Source: Lepidodermella squamata (lineage: Eukaryota; Animalia; Gastrotricha). From it: 64,000 bases of DNA. The stretch covers positions 558,001 to 622,000 of the forward strand of contig JBLDXI010000010.1 of assembly GCA_047495785.1 (NCBI GenBank). The letters run 5' to 3'. The position numbers and the translations under genes are program-made. A model generated the notes under the pieces. The model was not told the origin of the DNA. It searched no databases and was given only the letters and a program-made list of their open reading frames with translations. Every line of letters starts with the position of its first letter. Positions within the stretch are counted from its first letter, which is position 1. Shown one piece after another: positions 35,421-49,496 of this stretch.

Positions 35421-38033
35421 ATGAAGGTCCTTTCTGCAAATTATCTCATTATAACGCTGTTCTCTGTTTTCACTGGAGCCCAAAAACTGTCATTAAGATC
35501 CCCGATGCCAGCTTTCGTCTCTTCACCTATGGCAACTCAACGGAATAGAACGCGGATAACGGTGTCTGTTATCATGAATTACGGCGGCACTTCTTATCCA
35601 GCGGGGCCAATCCACTCCGAAGCTGTAAGGATGGCCCTCCGAACTATCGAAAGAGCCCAACTTTTACCGAACTACGAACTGAATTTTCAGCTCCACGATG
35701 ACCAGGTTAACTAGCATTTCACTTTAATAAACAGTTTATTACATAGTCCTTCTCAGTGTGCATCAGGGCGGCCTCATTCGGTTTTTCTGAAAGAGATTGC
35801 CGCTCAGGATGATGGGTCAATCAATCGATTACCATTAGTCATAATCGGGGGATGCGGTAATAACATTGTTGGCTACATCACTAATCGATTCAATTTTGTC
35901 AGTGTAAGTAAATCTTCGATGTGTTCAAAGTAACTGAAGATTTAAATTTATTTTTAATCAGTTATCAATCCAGGGTTCCAGTGCACTCATTTTCGAAAGA
36001 AACAAATTGTACGATGGCATGAATGTAATTCTTCCGTTTTTCGAGACATTTTTCGAGGCTTTGCCACGTTTCATCCTTGCAAATGGCTGGCGAAACATCT
36101 TCTACGGCTCTGAGGCCAATGATTATTACGCTCAATTTGATTTTGTTTTCGCCACCATGTGCCAGAAACTGAACATTTCAGTTGATATCTCAACTAAGTT
36201 CATTTATGACCGCACCCAATTCACAGGCCCGACCTTGCAAGATTGGACGACAGCCCTCGGTAATATGAAATCGAAGGACGCAAGGGTCATTATCATCAAC
36301 ACACCTTTCAGTGCTTTGGCGGCTTGTGTAATGTATAGACTTGGGCTATACGGGCAGAACTACGTCATTTTCTTCCAGAGCACGATTGCATTTCTACCCA
36401 ACACAATGCTGCGATTCCTGATACCCGGTTGTACAGAGCAAACGTTGTTTGAAGTCCTCAACAGTGTACTTTTCTTCGGCTTCAACTCACTTTCAAATAA
36501 TAACCAGAAGCACTCGGATACATTCGGCCTAAGTATAGAAGATTTTGACAAATACATGCTCGACGCGATAGCCCGTCCTGATTTAGATTCGTTGTGGTGG
36601 GGAAATCGAGTCTACTACTACGACCTAGCGATGACAGTCGCACTAGCCCTCAACCTTACAGAAGCTGAGCTTGCATCTCGGAATGACTCGCTGTCGAAGT
36701 GGACACTAAGCTCGGCGAATTACATGCTTAAAGGTGATGAGATCCAAGAAACTATTGACAGAAATGTGAGAAAAGTCAATTATACCGGCTTGCTCGCCGA
36801 GATTAATGAAAACACGCTGAACAATGCCAAAGGATTGACGGGATTCTACCAGATCCAGACTATCTGGGGTACGTCTAACCTTACGATATCTGAGCGTCAG
36901 AGAAAAGCTCCTGTCGCTACCTATGACGCCAGCAAGCCGAGCCCAAAGCTTCAGTTAGGACCGGATAAATTTGTGTGGAGCACAAAGGATGGACTTCCAC
37001 CACGAGACAAACTAGAAGTGGTTGCTGTAAAAAGCCCTCTAATCTCTAAAGCTGCTAGTATTTCCCTAACTGTTGTTTCTGCAGTACTATTCCTGGCTAG
37101 CATTGTTCTGTCAGCTCTAAATATCTGGAAATATGATACGCTGCGGGCGTCAATGCCTGGCTTCAACGGCTTGATTTTGCTAGGGAATTCGCTAATGCTA
37201 GCCTTTGTTTTGATCATGTTAGCCAACAATATGGCTGATGAGATGATCAACATCCGCTGCATGGTTGCCTCGACGTCCCTTATATTTGGCTTTGGCCTAA
37301 TTATAGCATGCTTTATTGCTAAAATGCATTTAGCTAAACGTGCATTTGACGCTCGAAGTAGGAATAGAATCGTAAGATTAAGGTCTTTGGTGATTCCAAG
37401 CTCATCCTCCCGCCCAAGCCAACTCAGTACTGCGCAAATTCCAATAGCAGCTCCATCAAATATGGAGGTCGTCGAAATTACTGCAAAATCACAAATGCTA
37501 TCAATGGCGATCGCAATTTTTTCTTCGCTACTCACAGCTTCGATTAGTGCCGCATGGTTCATTGCAAAGCCTATGAAATCTGAAATCAACTCGCTGAATT
37601 TCGAAGTTTCTGAGGACGACAACAGCTTGGCATACCAACACTTCACCTACATTTGCACGCCTTTACCTGGGTCAGAAGGTTTCGCCATATCAATCATCGT
37701 AGTTTTTACACTGTCGTTTCTTCGAGCGATTTTCCTCGCTATAATTGTCCGGAAAACGAATTTGCCGGGTCAAGTCGATGACTTGCCAACGATTAGATAT
37801 CTAAGCTACTGCGTCACCCTAACTGTGGTTGCTGGTGGTGTTGTTACATACGCGTTTTTCTCCAAAGATCTTGGTAAAATGTTGGTTGCCATTAGCACCA
37901 TCGTTAGTTTGATATCCATCCTGATACAAGCATTCATCTTTGGTCCTAAAGTAAGTTATTCGAAATATGAGTAATAATTGAATTATCTCGAATGATACTT
38001 TCGCAGGTCAAACGCATTTTTGGACGTGCTTAG
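35421..38033 (+). CDS. GABA-B-like class C GPCR (Venus-flytrap + 7TM, no cysteine-rich domain), 4 exons
   Basis: Exons 35421-35705, 35757-35903, 35961-37950, 38007-38033. Signal peptide, LLPNYELNFQLHDDQC, long ectodomain ending GLPPRD, TM3 C..FGFGLIIACFIAK, TM7 end FIFGPK. Confidence 0.85.
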
Positions 38034-38097
38034 TTTGTTAATTGCGGTTGGATTTAATAATAGCAAAACCGAGTTAAAATATTCCCTGATGATGAAT

Positions 38098-39301
38098 TCA
38101 GGCATCAAGCAACACTAAGAAGATTGAACAGTAAAAAGTACCACCAGCTAGCAGAAAAATAATGAAAAAGGTCAAGTCTATGGCAAGATAAAGCCTAACA
38201 TGGGTATTTTTGCATAATTTGAGAAGCATCTTAGCTCTATTCGTGTAAAGAGTGACAAAAGAGCACATAATTCCAGCATATACAGCACACAACATTTGAT
38301 ACACGATCTGGCCGAATAGGAAATGTGTAGCCACGATTCTTTCGCTTGTTACCGGTAGATTTGACAGCATATCTGATTGAAGGACAAAAGTCGCGAGCAT
38401 GATTGTCGAAGCGGACGTAACGGTCTGGGAATTTAGCTGGAACGAAAAAGCTGCACAAGCTGAGAATGGTCAATATAAAACTCGGCGCGAAAAGGTTAGC
38501 AACGAAGTAGTTTGGATCACGCTTTAACGTCAAACTGAATGAAGCTGTGTATCCATCGGCTTCTTTAAACGCTGTACCCGCCTCGTACTTCCAAATGGAG
38601 CCATTCGGCATGAATGATGGAGAGGTTAGCAAATGAAGTCGGCCAATAGTAGCATACTTTGGCACGGCTGACAGCAGAAGACGAATAGAACAGTTTTGAG
38701 AATCGAAAATAAATCGCCAGAAATTCAAGTTGCAATAGGATGTGAAAGGCCCCATTATGACATTCATGTAAAACCCAGTTCGGACGAATATGCTCGTAGA
38801 GCGACTGATTTCGTCGCCGTTCATCGCTGCGTTGTTGAACGAGTTGCGGTGGATGATGCTCGGCCACCATATTCGGTCGCTACCCTTCAGCAATTCCAGA
38901 GAATCCACTCCTCCTGCCTTATGTATCAACTGATCAGAGTCTTTCGTGCAATTGTCGTACCATGCGAATGTAGCAACACCGCCAACAAGCATCGTCTGCT
39001 CAACGTCGTTCAAACTTACGAATCGATCGATTATGAGGTATATGTCGACGCTTGTTGCTTCACTTGTAAGTTCGCTTGGCGCATTGTAAATCGGTTCCAA
39101 GTGGCACGCAGTGTAGGAAGTAGCGGGAGGGATGAGGGGGTTTACCCCCTCTTCGCGAAAAGTCGCGCCCCCAAGAAAGTAAACCATCCCCCCTGTTTTA
39201 AACTTGTTCGTAAAAGGAAAGTGCACTGCACTCAGCAAACCACAAACTTTAGCCTCAGAATCAGTCGTGATGTAGCTACTACAAGAGTTGCAGCTATGCA
39301 T
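38098..39301 (-). pseudogene. Cys-loop (pLGIC) subunit with a frameshift just before M2; 5' end unresolved
   Basis: IWWPSI, Cys loop CNLNFWRFIFDSQNC, LKRDPNYFVANLFAPS and M1 in ORF 38237-39301; M2-M4 lie in another frame (ORF 38098-38400); shift near 38421 with no room for an intron. Could be an assembly error. Confidence 0.7.
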
Positions 39302-39344
39302 TTTCAGAGCCAGAAATGTGCTTTCTGTCTTGCATTTTCACAAT

Positions 39345-40160
39345 TTTTCACTCGCTGCGCTCGTTCAGGCTACATATCCTTTTAGATGTGCGAAGAGCAT
39401 GCAATCTTTGGGTTTAACTGGCACTTCAAGCTTTCGTCGAACTCGATTACGTTGAGGGTGAACAAGAATCCCGCATCGGCCCGCAAATGTGAAGGGATAG
39501 ACTTCAAACATTGTTTTTCAAGCTTCTTACAAATCAAGCTTGTTAAACTGTAACCAATCGGACTGATTGTAAAAACCAAGGTGGTATTAACGTCTGGGAA
39601 AGCCCGTTTTATCGTCATTTTTAGGAGGTTTCGGAAGTAATTTTAGCGGTAAATCCGGAAAATTCCCTCGCTTCGCTCGTATTATTGGTTCAAATTACAT
39701 GAAATGTTCACCAATGCAGCACAACTCTTTTAATGTTCGAGCGAGGTAACTACCACAAAATCTTTTGTAACAACCAATCGCTTGTTTAAAAAAAACATTG
39801 CTTCACTGCATGAAATGCTGGCAATCTTCTAGTTAGCATTTCGTGGTTTTATTTATATAGGCCCTCCGCTAGCTGATTTGAGTTGATGTGACCTTCATCC
39901 ACGATCCAATAGTTTTCAATTCGAATCATTTTCAGCGCATTTCTAACCAATAAATTTGCGAAAAAAGCGACAGCTAAAGCTCGCTTCGCTCGCGGTGTTG
40001 CAATTCTTTGATCAGTAGCATTCTATCAGAAACTATCAGAATTCATGCGAGGGGAAAGTCTTAATTACAAAAATAGGAGCGAATCGAGTCAAAAAGCATT
40101 ACCAGAAAAGAGGAAAAGTCTTAGGTGCGAGCGACGTAGTCGCGAGCGAAAATTTTAGAT
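39345..40160. repeat. Degenerate repeat region with CTCGCTTCGCTCG / GCGAGCG motifs (TE remnants)
   Basis: Motif copies near 39351, 39667, 39980 and 40127-40150 in both orientations; no termini resolved. Confidence 0.35.
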
Positions 40161-41335
40161 GGTCATCCCCCTTTCGGCAAAAAGCCTACTTCCTTCACTG
40201 GTGGCACGTAGCGAGTAAAGGATCGAGCAGTGGCAATGACGCATTTAGCATAGCGAATTATGCGATGATTTATGCGGGAAATAGTTGTTTTTTGGATAAT
40301 ATACCGTTCAATTGTATATTGCTTATAATCGCTCTAATAGTAGCCCAGTTTTGAGGGATCAAATCGGTTCGAAAACATGACAAATGAACGATCCACCGAA
40401 ACTTAATTTTCGAATTCTTCAAAATTTCAAGGTTAAAAATGTAGGCTGCTAAACAAATACGGTAGTATTCGCTCTATTTGGCGTCGACCATCAATTAAAT
40501 TCTCCCGGATATTTGAGATTCCTGGTATGGTTTAATTAATGAAATACAAGCTGCGATTGGGTTTTATTATTAGCGTGGGCTTGAACCAAAGCCAACAATT
40601 TAGTTTATCATGTGAATACGGTATTTGAGATTAGAGAAAAGACGAATAATTACGATAGTTTCTGACATGCAAATCAGTTTTTGGCATGTCTCCTGCAAGA
40701 TCTTCCGAGACTAGCCTCATCTGCTGAACGTTGAACATCCTCTGAGTTCATTACCCTAAAAAATGAGGCGAACAATACTATGAATTGCATTTGGTAGCCA
40801 ACCACGAAAGTCTGAATTAAGTCGAACTGACGACTGGAAATTACGGAAACATTTGCGCGACAGGTGACAGGTGATCCAGTTGTCAATTTTGGAACTGTTA
40901 CTTGAGGGTTTTCAAAGGTTGATATTCCAATTGTTTTCGACTCTTCAATTGAGAATTTCAATGAGGAACAATGAGGAATTTCATTATAATTGTTCATTGA
41001 TTCAACCGAATCTTCGTCAAAGCAGTTGCTCGTGTGATTATACTTTGCAGAAGTCACGCACGGAAGTGGTTCATAAGAAATCAAATGTGCTTCCTAAAAG
41101 AGTATCCTGAAAGAGTATAAGCTACGAATGCTGCTGCTTTTCGAGAAAATTAACTCAAAATTTGTTGAGTATCTTCGCATTGTCCCGGAAACGACGCATC
41201 AATGTGAACACGGCTTTCATCAGGTAAAATTTCAACAACATACGTGGCTGTGTGAGAAATATGTCCAATAAGATCGAGTCCGATTTTTTGATAAAAGTCA
41301 TATAAAAGAGATTATTAAACTCCACTGCTTTGGAA

Positions 41336-44062
41336 ATGAAAATTCTCTGCCTTTTAGCTTCAAGTTTTGCAGCTCTGTTGCTATTGGTGTCGAGCCAGAA
41401 ATTGAACCTTCTGTCACCAATTCCCAAATTCATTTCGTCACCAATAGCTGGAACACAGAACAGGACCAAATTAATCGTTTCAGCTGCTATGAACTATGGT
41501 GGCTACGTATTTCCAGCCGGTCCAATATATTCTGAGCCCATCAAGATTGCTATGGATACAATTGAAAGCGCCAATATCCTACCCAATTTTGAACTCATTT
41601 TCCAACTGCATGATGATCAGGTATATCCAATTTTCCGTTATGGTTCCAACAATTGATTTAAATTTGTGATACTGTTCAGTGTCTTCTTGATCAAGCCCAT
41701 ACAATATTCTTACAAGACATAGCAACAAATAACAACGAATCTTCGAATCGTCTGCCGATCTTCATCGGAGGCGTATGTGGCAACCAAATCGTTGGATATC
41801 TTCCCCACCATTTCAATTTCGTCATGGTAAGCTTGAAGGCCAAGTATTGTTTTGCTCATTTGCTCATTCACATCTTTATAGCTGACAATGATCGGAGTTC
41901 ATCGGCCTATTTTCGTACAAAGAGAGCGTTACGAATCAACAAATGTCCTGCTACCGTTCATCGAGACGTTTTTCGAGGCAATACCTCACTTTTTGAAGGC
42001 GAACGGCTGGACCAAGGTGTTCTACGCATCTGAAGCAACAGACTACTACGCTGCATTCGACAAGGTCATCTTGAGAGCCTGCGAACGGCTTAACATATCA
42101 CTGGACGTATCGACCAAGTTCGTCTACGATACCACTCAATTGATAGGCCCGACAGTGGAAGATTGGCAGATGTCCCTAGGCCAGTTGAAGGAGAAAGACC
42201 CTAGAATAATAATCATCAATACCCCATACGTTGTTGCAGCAGTTTGCGTCATGTATCAACTGAACCTATACGGACCGAATTACGTGATATTTTTGCAAAG
42301 TTCAACTGCTTTTCTTCCGAATTCACCCATCAAATTTCTGGTCCCTGGTTGCACTGAAGAAATGTTATTCGAAGTGTTGAAAAGCGTCGTCTTTTTTGGA
42401 TTCAACTCATTGGCTAATAACGACGAAAATCGAGTCGACTCTTTTGGCCTATCTATTCAACAATTTGATGCTAAAATGAAAGAAGCTATTGAAAGGCCAG
42501 AGCTGGAAAATCTATGGTGGCTGCACCGAGCTTCTTACTACGACATGGCCTTGATCATAGCTCGAACATTGAATGCTACGGAAATCGAGTTGAACAAGCG
42601 CAATGAATCCCTGGCGCAGTGGACTACTGAGACTTATAAGTTCAAAAACAATGGCAAAATGATTGCCGAGATGATAAATCGCAACTTGCTGAGCTTGAAG
42701 CACAATGGTTTATACGCAGATTTGAGTGGCAAAGAATCCTGGAATGCTTTCAAGGGGCAGACGGGGTTCTATCAGGTTCAAATGACTCACAGAAAGAAGC
42801 CGGCAGATTTAACATTCTCTGAGCTGCAAAGAAACGTGCCGGTTGCTAGCTATGATGACAGCGCAAAGAATCCGCAGTTGAAAATTGGCCCTGGAAAACT
42901 TGTATGGAGGACAAGAGATAGACTCGCTCCCAGAGATCGGCTACTGGTGATTCATTATTCAATCCCAATGATTCCTTTAACCGCGACTATCACCCTATGC
43001 TCCATCTCGGCATTTTTCGTACTGACCAGCGTGACACTGTTGATCATCAATAGCGTACAGGCCAACAAAGTGAAATCCTCTATACCAGAAGTTAACTCCG
43101 TATTGCTTATTGGGGCTATTCTGATCTCAATGTTCAACTTAGTCGTAATGTCCAGCGATTCTTCGATCGGTGTTAGATGCATGATTGGGTCGGTCTTGCT
43201 TACGCTAGGGTTTAGTCTAACATTCTGTTCCCTGATAGCAAAACTTCAACTGAGCAGCATGCTGTTTTGTCGATCAAAGATTATTAGTAGAAACGCGACT
43301 CATAACACTTTAATGTCAACCCAGACGCCAAATGCTAGACGATCAGGACTTAAGAATAAGACAAAAAGTCATAACAGACTAGCCAGGTCGAATTCTTCGA
43401 AATTTGTCACTATATCGGAAGTTCCGAAGTCTGAGACTTTCCATTTTCGTGCTGGGGAGAGTTCTATCGCTCCGTCTACAACAGTTATGGGGAAAATTTC
43501 TGAGAAAACAGTTAAAATTACTGTTTTAGCGATTCTGATTATATCTGTCGCTATAACTCTGATTGTAGCAATCTGGTTCGGAATCAGCCCGCTGGAGGCT
43601 GAAGTTCTCAGTGGGAAACTTCAGCTCCAGAGTGACGACATCAGTCTTGCTTATCAAAGCTATACCATTGTTTGTAGCCTGAACCAGGATATTCCCACTT
43701 CATCCGGTTTCATTGGTACAGTCGCAGTTATTTTCGCACTGATGTTCCTCAGAACGATATTTCTGGCTATTCAATTGAACAAAGTCTCTCTTCCCGTTCA
43801 AATTGATGACTTGCCGGAAGTTCGATCTCTTGTAAATTACATCATGATTATTGTTGTAGCCGGAGGTGTTGTTGGTGTAGCGTTCTTCTCGAATGATCCC
43901 GGAAAATTTGTATTAATTATCGGCTCGATTTCATGCGTGATTTCCGCATTAGTCACGTTGTTCATCTTCATTCCCAAGGTAGGTGGAAACAATACAAGAC
44001 ATTTCCGTTAGTTAGTCACATTTTGCGATTTGTTTCAGATTAAGCGCCGCAGCTACTTCTAA
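41336..44062 (+). CDS. GABA-B-like class C GPCR, second intact paralogue, 4 exons
   Basis: Exons 41336-41620, 41680-41826, 41882-43978, 44039-44062; same intron positions and motifs as the 35421 gene (ILPNFELIFQLHDDQC, APRD, GFSLTFCSLIAK, FIFIPK). Confidence 0.85.
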
Positions 44063-44240
44063 CGCCCTGTTTCCTGCACTGAAATAGATTCAAGTAGACA
44101 ATTAGTGGTGTGACATTTCAAGCATTAGAACTTATTTTATTTCAATGGTGAAATTAGGGTTAAATAAATATCGAATAAATATATTTAATATATTTCATTG
44201 TGTTTCGAATGAATTGCTCGTTCTTGATTTTTCGCGATGT

Positions 44241-46023
44241 TCAAAGTGCAATTTCCTCCAAATAGCTAGCCAGGACTTTCGTTCCTTCTATGTAGTTGCG
44301 CTTGGAAACTTTCTCGTTGTTCGAATGCGCACCATCATCGGACTGGCCAATAGGAAGTAGCAGAACACTCTTCCCAGTCATGTTCTCAAAGGTGAGAGCT
44401 ACAGGGATGGAAACACCCTCTCGAGTTAGGTCAGGCTCCACGCCCCAAACTATAAAGGATTGTGAAAATTACGAAAACTATGAAATTGACCTGAAAGTTG
44501 TACCTCTTTTCACAGCTCGCCGTCCTGCTTCGTAGTTGGGGTGCTTGTAGTCTGCGACCCATGCTGGAGCCCCGTGGCAAAGAGCCACTCTATCATTAAG
44601 AGCATACATTAAAATAGTAAAATTCAGCCATAATCCTCACGTCAGTTTGTTAGGACTATTCAAGGTCGCGAATTTAGCCTCCAGATGTTTACGCACCAGT
44701 TCGACCACGTTGTCCAGCTCCATGTGAGGCACAAGACGAATGGAAAACTTTCCAATGACCCTAAACATTTCTGAGATAATGGCACGTCTCTTAAATCAGA
44801 AAAGCTTACTTTCGGGGAATAACAGTTTTGGCGCCCGGGTCTGAAAACGCTCCTTCAATGCCGTGCATGGATAGAGAAGGGAACCTCCATCGGTGTTGCA
44901 AAAGTTTCGATTTCTCTGCATGGAGAAGCTTCGTTGTACCAACATCGTTTTCGGCAAAGTCTTTCTGTAATCGAGAAATATTTCAAAGGAATTTTCCATC
45001 GAGAGATTCACTTACCAAGTCAAATTCTATGTTTTCATAGAGCTTAGCTTCATCGTCAGTCAGCGGAGCGACCTTGTCTTGGATGCCTTCAATCAAAATT
45101 TTACCATCCGGGGTCACAAGAGAGGTTAGCAAGGCCATAAGGTCCCACATGGCCTCGTGAACCGCCCCGCCATACACGCCTGAATGCAGATCACGGCGCG
45201 CGCATTCAACCGTGACGAAAAAGTACGCCATCCCTCTGAGACCGTAAGTAACACACGGCTTTGTTGGGGTCAGCCAATAGTTGTCGGAAATGCAGACGAA
45301 ATCAACATCGGACATGAAGTCTTTGTTCTCTTCCAGAGTTTCATCCAAACCAACAGAACCAGACTCTTCCATGCATTCGAAGATGAATTTCAGGTTCACT
45401 GGCAACTCGAGGCCAAGTTCTTTGTAGGCCTCTAAGGTGTTCAGCCAGCCCATGACAGGACCTTTGTCGTCCGTAGCTCCTCGGCCGAAGAAGCGATCTC
45501 CATCCTCAGTGAGGACGAAAGGTTCAGTATCCCAGCCATCGGTCTAAAATCCGGAAATAAATTATTTATTCATTACAAATGCGGGCAAATACCTTGATTG
45601 CGGGTTGAACATCAAGATGGCCGTATACCAGAATGGTTTTCTTGGTTTTGTCACTACCGAAAGTCGCAAACAACAACGGTGGGCATTCCAACTCTTGACC
45701 AGAGCTCGAATGGATTTGCTTGATAGTGATTGGTACAAGCTTTGCAATCCCTCCGAGCTTCTCCAAATTCTACATAGATCAATTGTGGACAACATGACGT
45801 CAGACTGAAGGTTTTAAACTTACAGCTTTGGTCCATTCAACCATTTGGACACAGTCATGCCTTGTATGGGGCCATGCTGATACGCTTTTTATGGCAACTG
45901 CATCAGCCAATCGCTTGTAGAAATGCTCCTTCTTCGAGTCTATGAATCTGTTATTTCCTAATTTTACAAAGCCAGTAAGGGGAAATCGACTCACTCGTAG
46001 ATTTTCGCAAGCTTGGAATCCAT
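44241..46023 (-). CDS. CNDP2: Cytosolic non-specific dipeptidase (M20A), copy A, multi-exon
   Basis: [62 protein letters not shown]; ATG at 46023, short introns. Confidence 0.9.
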
Positions 46024-46287
46024 TTTGAACGGTAATACCAAATCTTATCGGGAAATAGAGAACTATAAGGCAAAAACTCTTCTTTTATCAGAGAAGTAGT
46101 GTGTTTGTGTGAAAAGATAAAGAAGTTATGAATGATATCAAGATCTCGTGCGTACACGCGACTGAAAAAATCAAAATTCAAATAGCTCAGTTTTATTCAA
46201 ATTCAAGGGCGTCAAAACTTATTTATTAGTTTATTCAACTTTATCACTATTGTTAATCAATTAACTTGAATGCCTTGAATTTTCAGT

Positions 46288-48097
46288 CTATATTTTGCCA
46301 AGCTCATCGAGATATGCCGCCATTAGTTTAGCCTGGGGAAGAAGGTTTCATGAAAGGAAAATAAGGAAGATTAGCCACAAATTTACCCCCTCGATGTAGT
46401 TTCGCTTCGATATCTTCTCGTTATTTGAATGGGCACCATCATTCGGTTGGCCAATAGGCAGCAGAAGAACATTTTTACCTGTAAGCTCTTGAAAAGTCAA
46501 TGTGATTGGAATTGAACACCCTTCCCTAGTCATATCAGGTTCGACTCCCCAAACTGCAACACAAGAAATTCGAACCATCAGTAACTAAAGCGAACTTCAA
46601 TCAAACCTCTTTTAACTGCTTTTATCCCAGCGATATAGTTAGGATCGTTGTAATCAGCCAACCATGGCGGGAACTTGATTTTTAAATCGATCCTTAAGCG
46701 GAAAACATTTGTCATCATCAAATTTATGGATGAGTTAAGCTTACTCAATATGATTAGGGCTGTTGAGTTTAGCAAACTCTTTCATTAGGTGTGACTTGAC
46801 TAATTCTTCAACTTTTTGAAGATCCATATCATGTACGATCCGAATGGAGAATTTCCCAGTCACTCTGTAAAGTGGATAGATGAACATTAAGCCACTGTGA
46901 TTGGTTTATAAATACCTTCTCGGGATGACAGTTTTCGTTCCTGGCTCTGAAAAATCCCCTTCAATACCATGGATTGTCAATGATGGATATCTCCACCTAT
47001 GTTGAAGCAAATCGTTCTTGTTGTTATGCAACAGCTTATCAGTTCCTATTTCTTCGAGCCTGTATTCGTCCTAAAATCAACACATGTAACAATGCCGATT
47101 TCTATTTGAGGATATCTTATACCATGTTGAAATCAATTTTGTCGTAGAGTCTTGCTTCTTCTTCAGTCAATGGCTTGACTAATTCATCGATTCCTTCGAC
47201 AGGAATTCGGCCATCCTTCGGCGAAATCAAGGAGCTCAGTAGATGAACCAAGTCCCACATTGCCTCGTGCACGGTGCCGCCGTAAATTCCAGAATGAAGA
47301 TCCCGTTTAGCACATTCGACCGTAACAAAGAAATAAGCATTCCCTCGCAGGCCATACGTCAGGCAAGGTTTGTTCTGCGTAAGCCAATAATTGTCTGAAA
47401 CGCAGATATAGTCGACATCCTTAAAGAATTCTTCATATTGCTTCAAAGTCTCGTCTAAGCCAGGAGATCCTATTTCCTCGATTGGCTCAAAGATGAATTT
47501 CAAGTTGAGAGGGATGGTCTGATTTGCTGCCTTGAACGCCTCCAAGCAGTTGAGCCATGCACAAACTGGTCCTTTATCATCTGTTGAGCCTCTTCCGAAA
47601 AGGTCGCCGCCAACTTCTGTGAGTTCGAATGGCTCAGTATCCCATCCATCGCTCTAAGGGGGTCATGAGTTAACAGTTGGACATCAGGATTCTTTCATAC
47701 CTTCAAAGCTGGCTGAACGTCTAAATGGCCATATATTATAAGCGTCTTCTTTGCTGGGTCTTTTTCAGAAGCCCCAAATAAAAGAGGGGCATATGGATTC
47801 TTCTCCTCTTGAGAAATAATCGGTATTTCGTTGCATCTTATACCTATTCTCTCAAGATTCTAAACTCAAAACCCTAAAAAGGGGGCAATTTAATTTAAAA
47901 TCTCACTTCTCTCATCCATTGAACAATGTTGATGCATTCATCGAGTTTATCAGGCCATGCAGATACACTTTGAATGGCAACAGTTTCACGTAATCTCTGG
48001 ATGAATCGATCCACATTTGAATCGATGAACCTGGATAGAAGGGGAATCAAAGGGGGATTTTGTATGGAGTTTGCTCATACGCGTTCAATTTTTCCAT
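46288..48097 (-). CDS. CNDP2: Cytosolic non-specific dipeptidase (M20A), tandem copy B, multi-exon
   Basis: [52 protein letters not shown]; ATG at 48097, stop at 46288-46290. Confidence 0.88.
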
Positions 48098-48207
48098 GTT
48101 GCTATTAAAATGTAGATAAATAAGTAACAAAGTGCACTGGGATTGAAAGGCTATATGCTGAATGATAAAGCTAGTGTTTTTTGCCTGACGTATTCCACTT
48201 GTTTACT

Positions 48208-49496
48208 TCAATGAGCATTGCTAGATACATAGTTCGCGATAACTTGCCCCATTAATTTGTTAGTTACGTTTACTAGTTGTGGAGTGTTTTTCAAAATTGA
48301 GGTAATTGCTTCAACTTGTCTCAGAGGGATTTCATTGAGGGCGTGAATCATCGCCATCATGATTTGACTACGCCTGTTAGCCTCTGCCTGGCCGAATTCC
48401 TGAGACAGCTGAGCCCAATAGACTGAACCAAGGGTATGCAAAGCTTTGGCCACAGCAGATGGGTTCTCCAGCTTAGTATCTGGCGGAACCGAGTAGAAAA
48501 GATATGCCATGAGGAAGGCATTTTCGACGACACTCGGGTTCCAGCTTCTGAACATATTCCATAACTTGATAGCTTCATCCGCCACATACTGAAAGAAATT
48601 ACTATCTGTGATCTAGACCAGCTAAAAGGAAAATTATTTAACCTTGTATTCTGGGAAAATCATCGATAGCCGGGAGAAGTCTTGCCAATCCAGTCCAAAA
48701 AAGAGCGGTTCATGCGGACGGTTGTAGAGATTTACAGATGTAATCTTAGCAATTGAATGCGAGAACAATGTGCATCGGTCAGTCAACGTAAGGTCATGGT
48801 AGCCTAATTACAAAAATATTCAAAGTGAACGAAATTGAATTCTCTAAACTACCAGGAAGTTGATAGGCAAGACGTTTAAGCATGCGAGCATTCTGTTCGT
48901 AGACTGAGACTCCATTCATCCAGACTTCGTATCGATCCCTTGAGTTGATCACATTTCTTTGATAAATTTCTAAAAACTGTATGCTTTCCTGGATAAGAAT
49001 TTGGAGCAATTTAGCCTGAAAATCATACCCCCTTTCGGTCCTCGGAGTACGTATTGGATGCTTGCACAATTCTTGTCAGTGTCTGTTCCGCTTCCCGTAG
49101 ATCTTGGCCAAATATTGCGGTAGTTGAGATAGACTCGATTTTAGACATTTCTGTGCTAGCTTCACCAGTCATGCCTGCTTCGACGCATTTTTCGTAACGG
49201 CACCTCGCGCAAAACTGTCTCAGTTTGGCGCCCTTCCATGAAACGTTTTTCATGCGATCTGAGGAAGCAGATGTTTTCAAGCAGTTATAGTTGCGCACAC
49301 CGCAAAATAATTCGTCGCCTTTCTTGCGGTTCCTAAGAAAAAATCGCTACGAAATAGGTGAAACTGACAATTACATAGGTTGAAGTCGCGTCAAATTTAC
49401 CTTGCAAGCTTCACAGGCGTAAACACCGCATCTAACACGCTTGGAAGTTTCCAACCCGCAAACAACACACAATACAGTTTCATGTTTACCAGCCAT
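48208..49496 (-). CDS. Divergent nuclear receptor A (C4 DBD + short LBD), multi-exon
   Basis: CVVCGLETSKRVRCGVYACEACK|RFFLR..C..C..CARCRYEKCVEAGM; LBD signature-like LPGYHDLTLTDRCTLF. Confidence 0.85.

Noticed and set aside
36951-37646. Long antisense ORFs (231 aa here, 229 aa at 38696-39385, and similar ones over GH31 and CYP)
   Set aside because: Shadow frames of real genes on the opposite strand, without motifs of their own.
40674-41110. 136-aa and 79-aa ORFs upstream of the second class C GPCR
   Set aside because: No motifs, no convincing start or splice structure.
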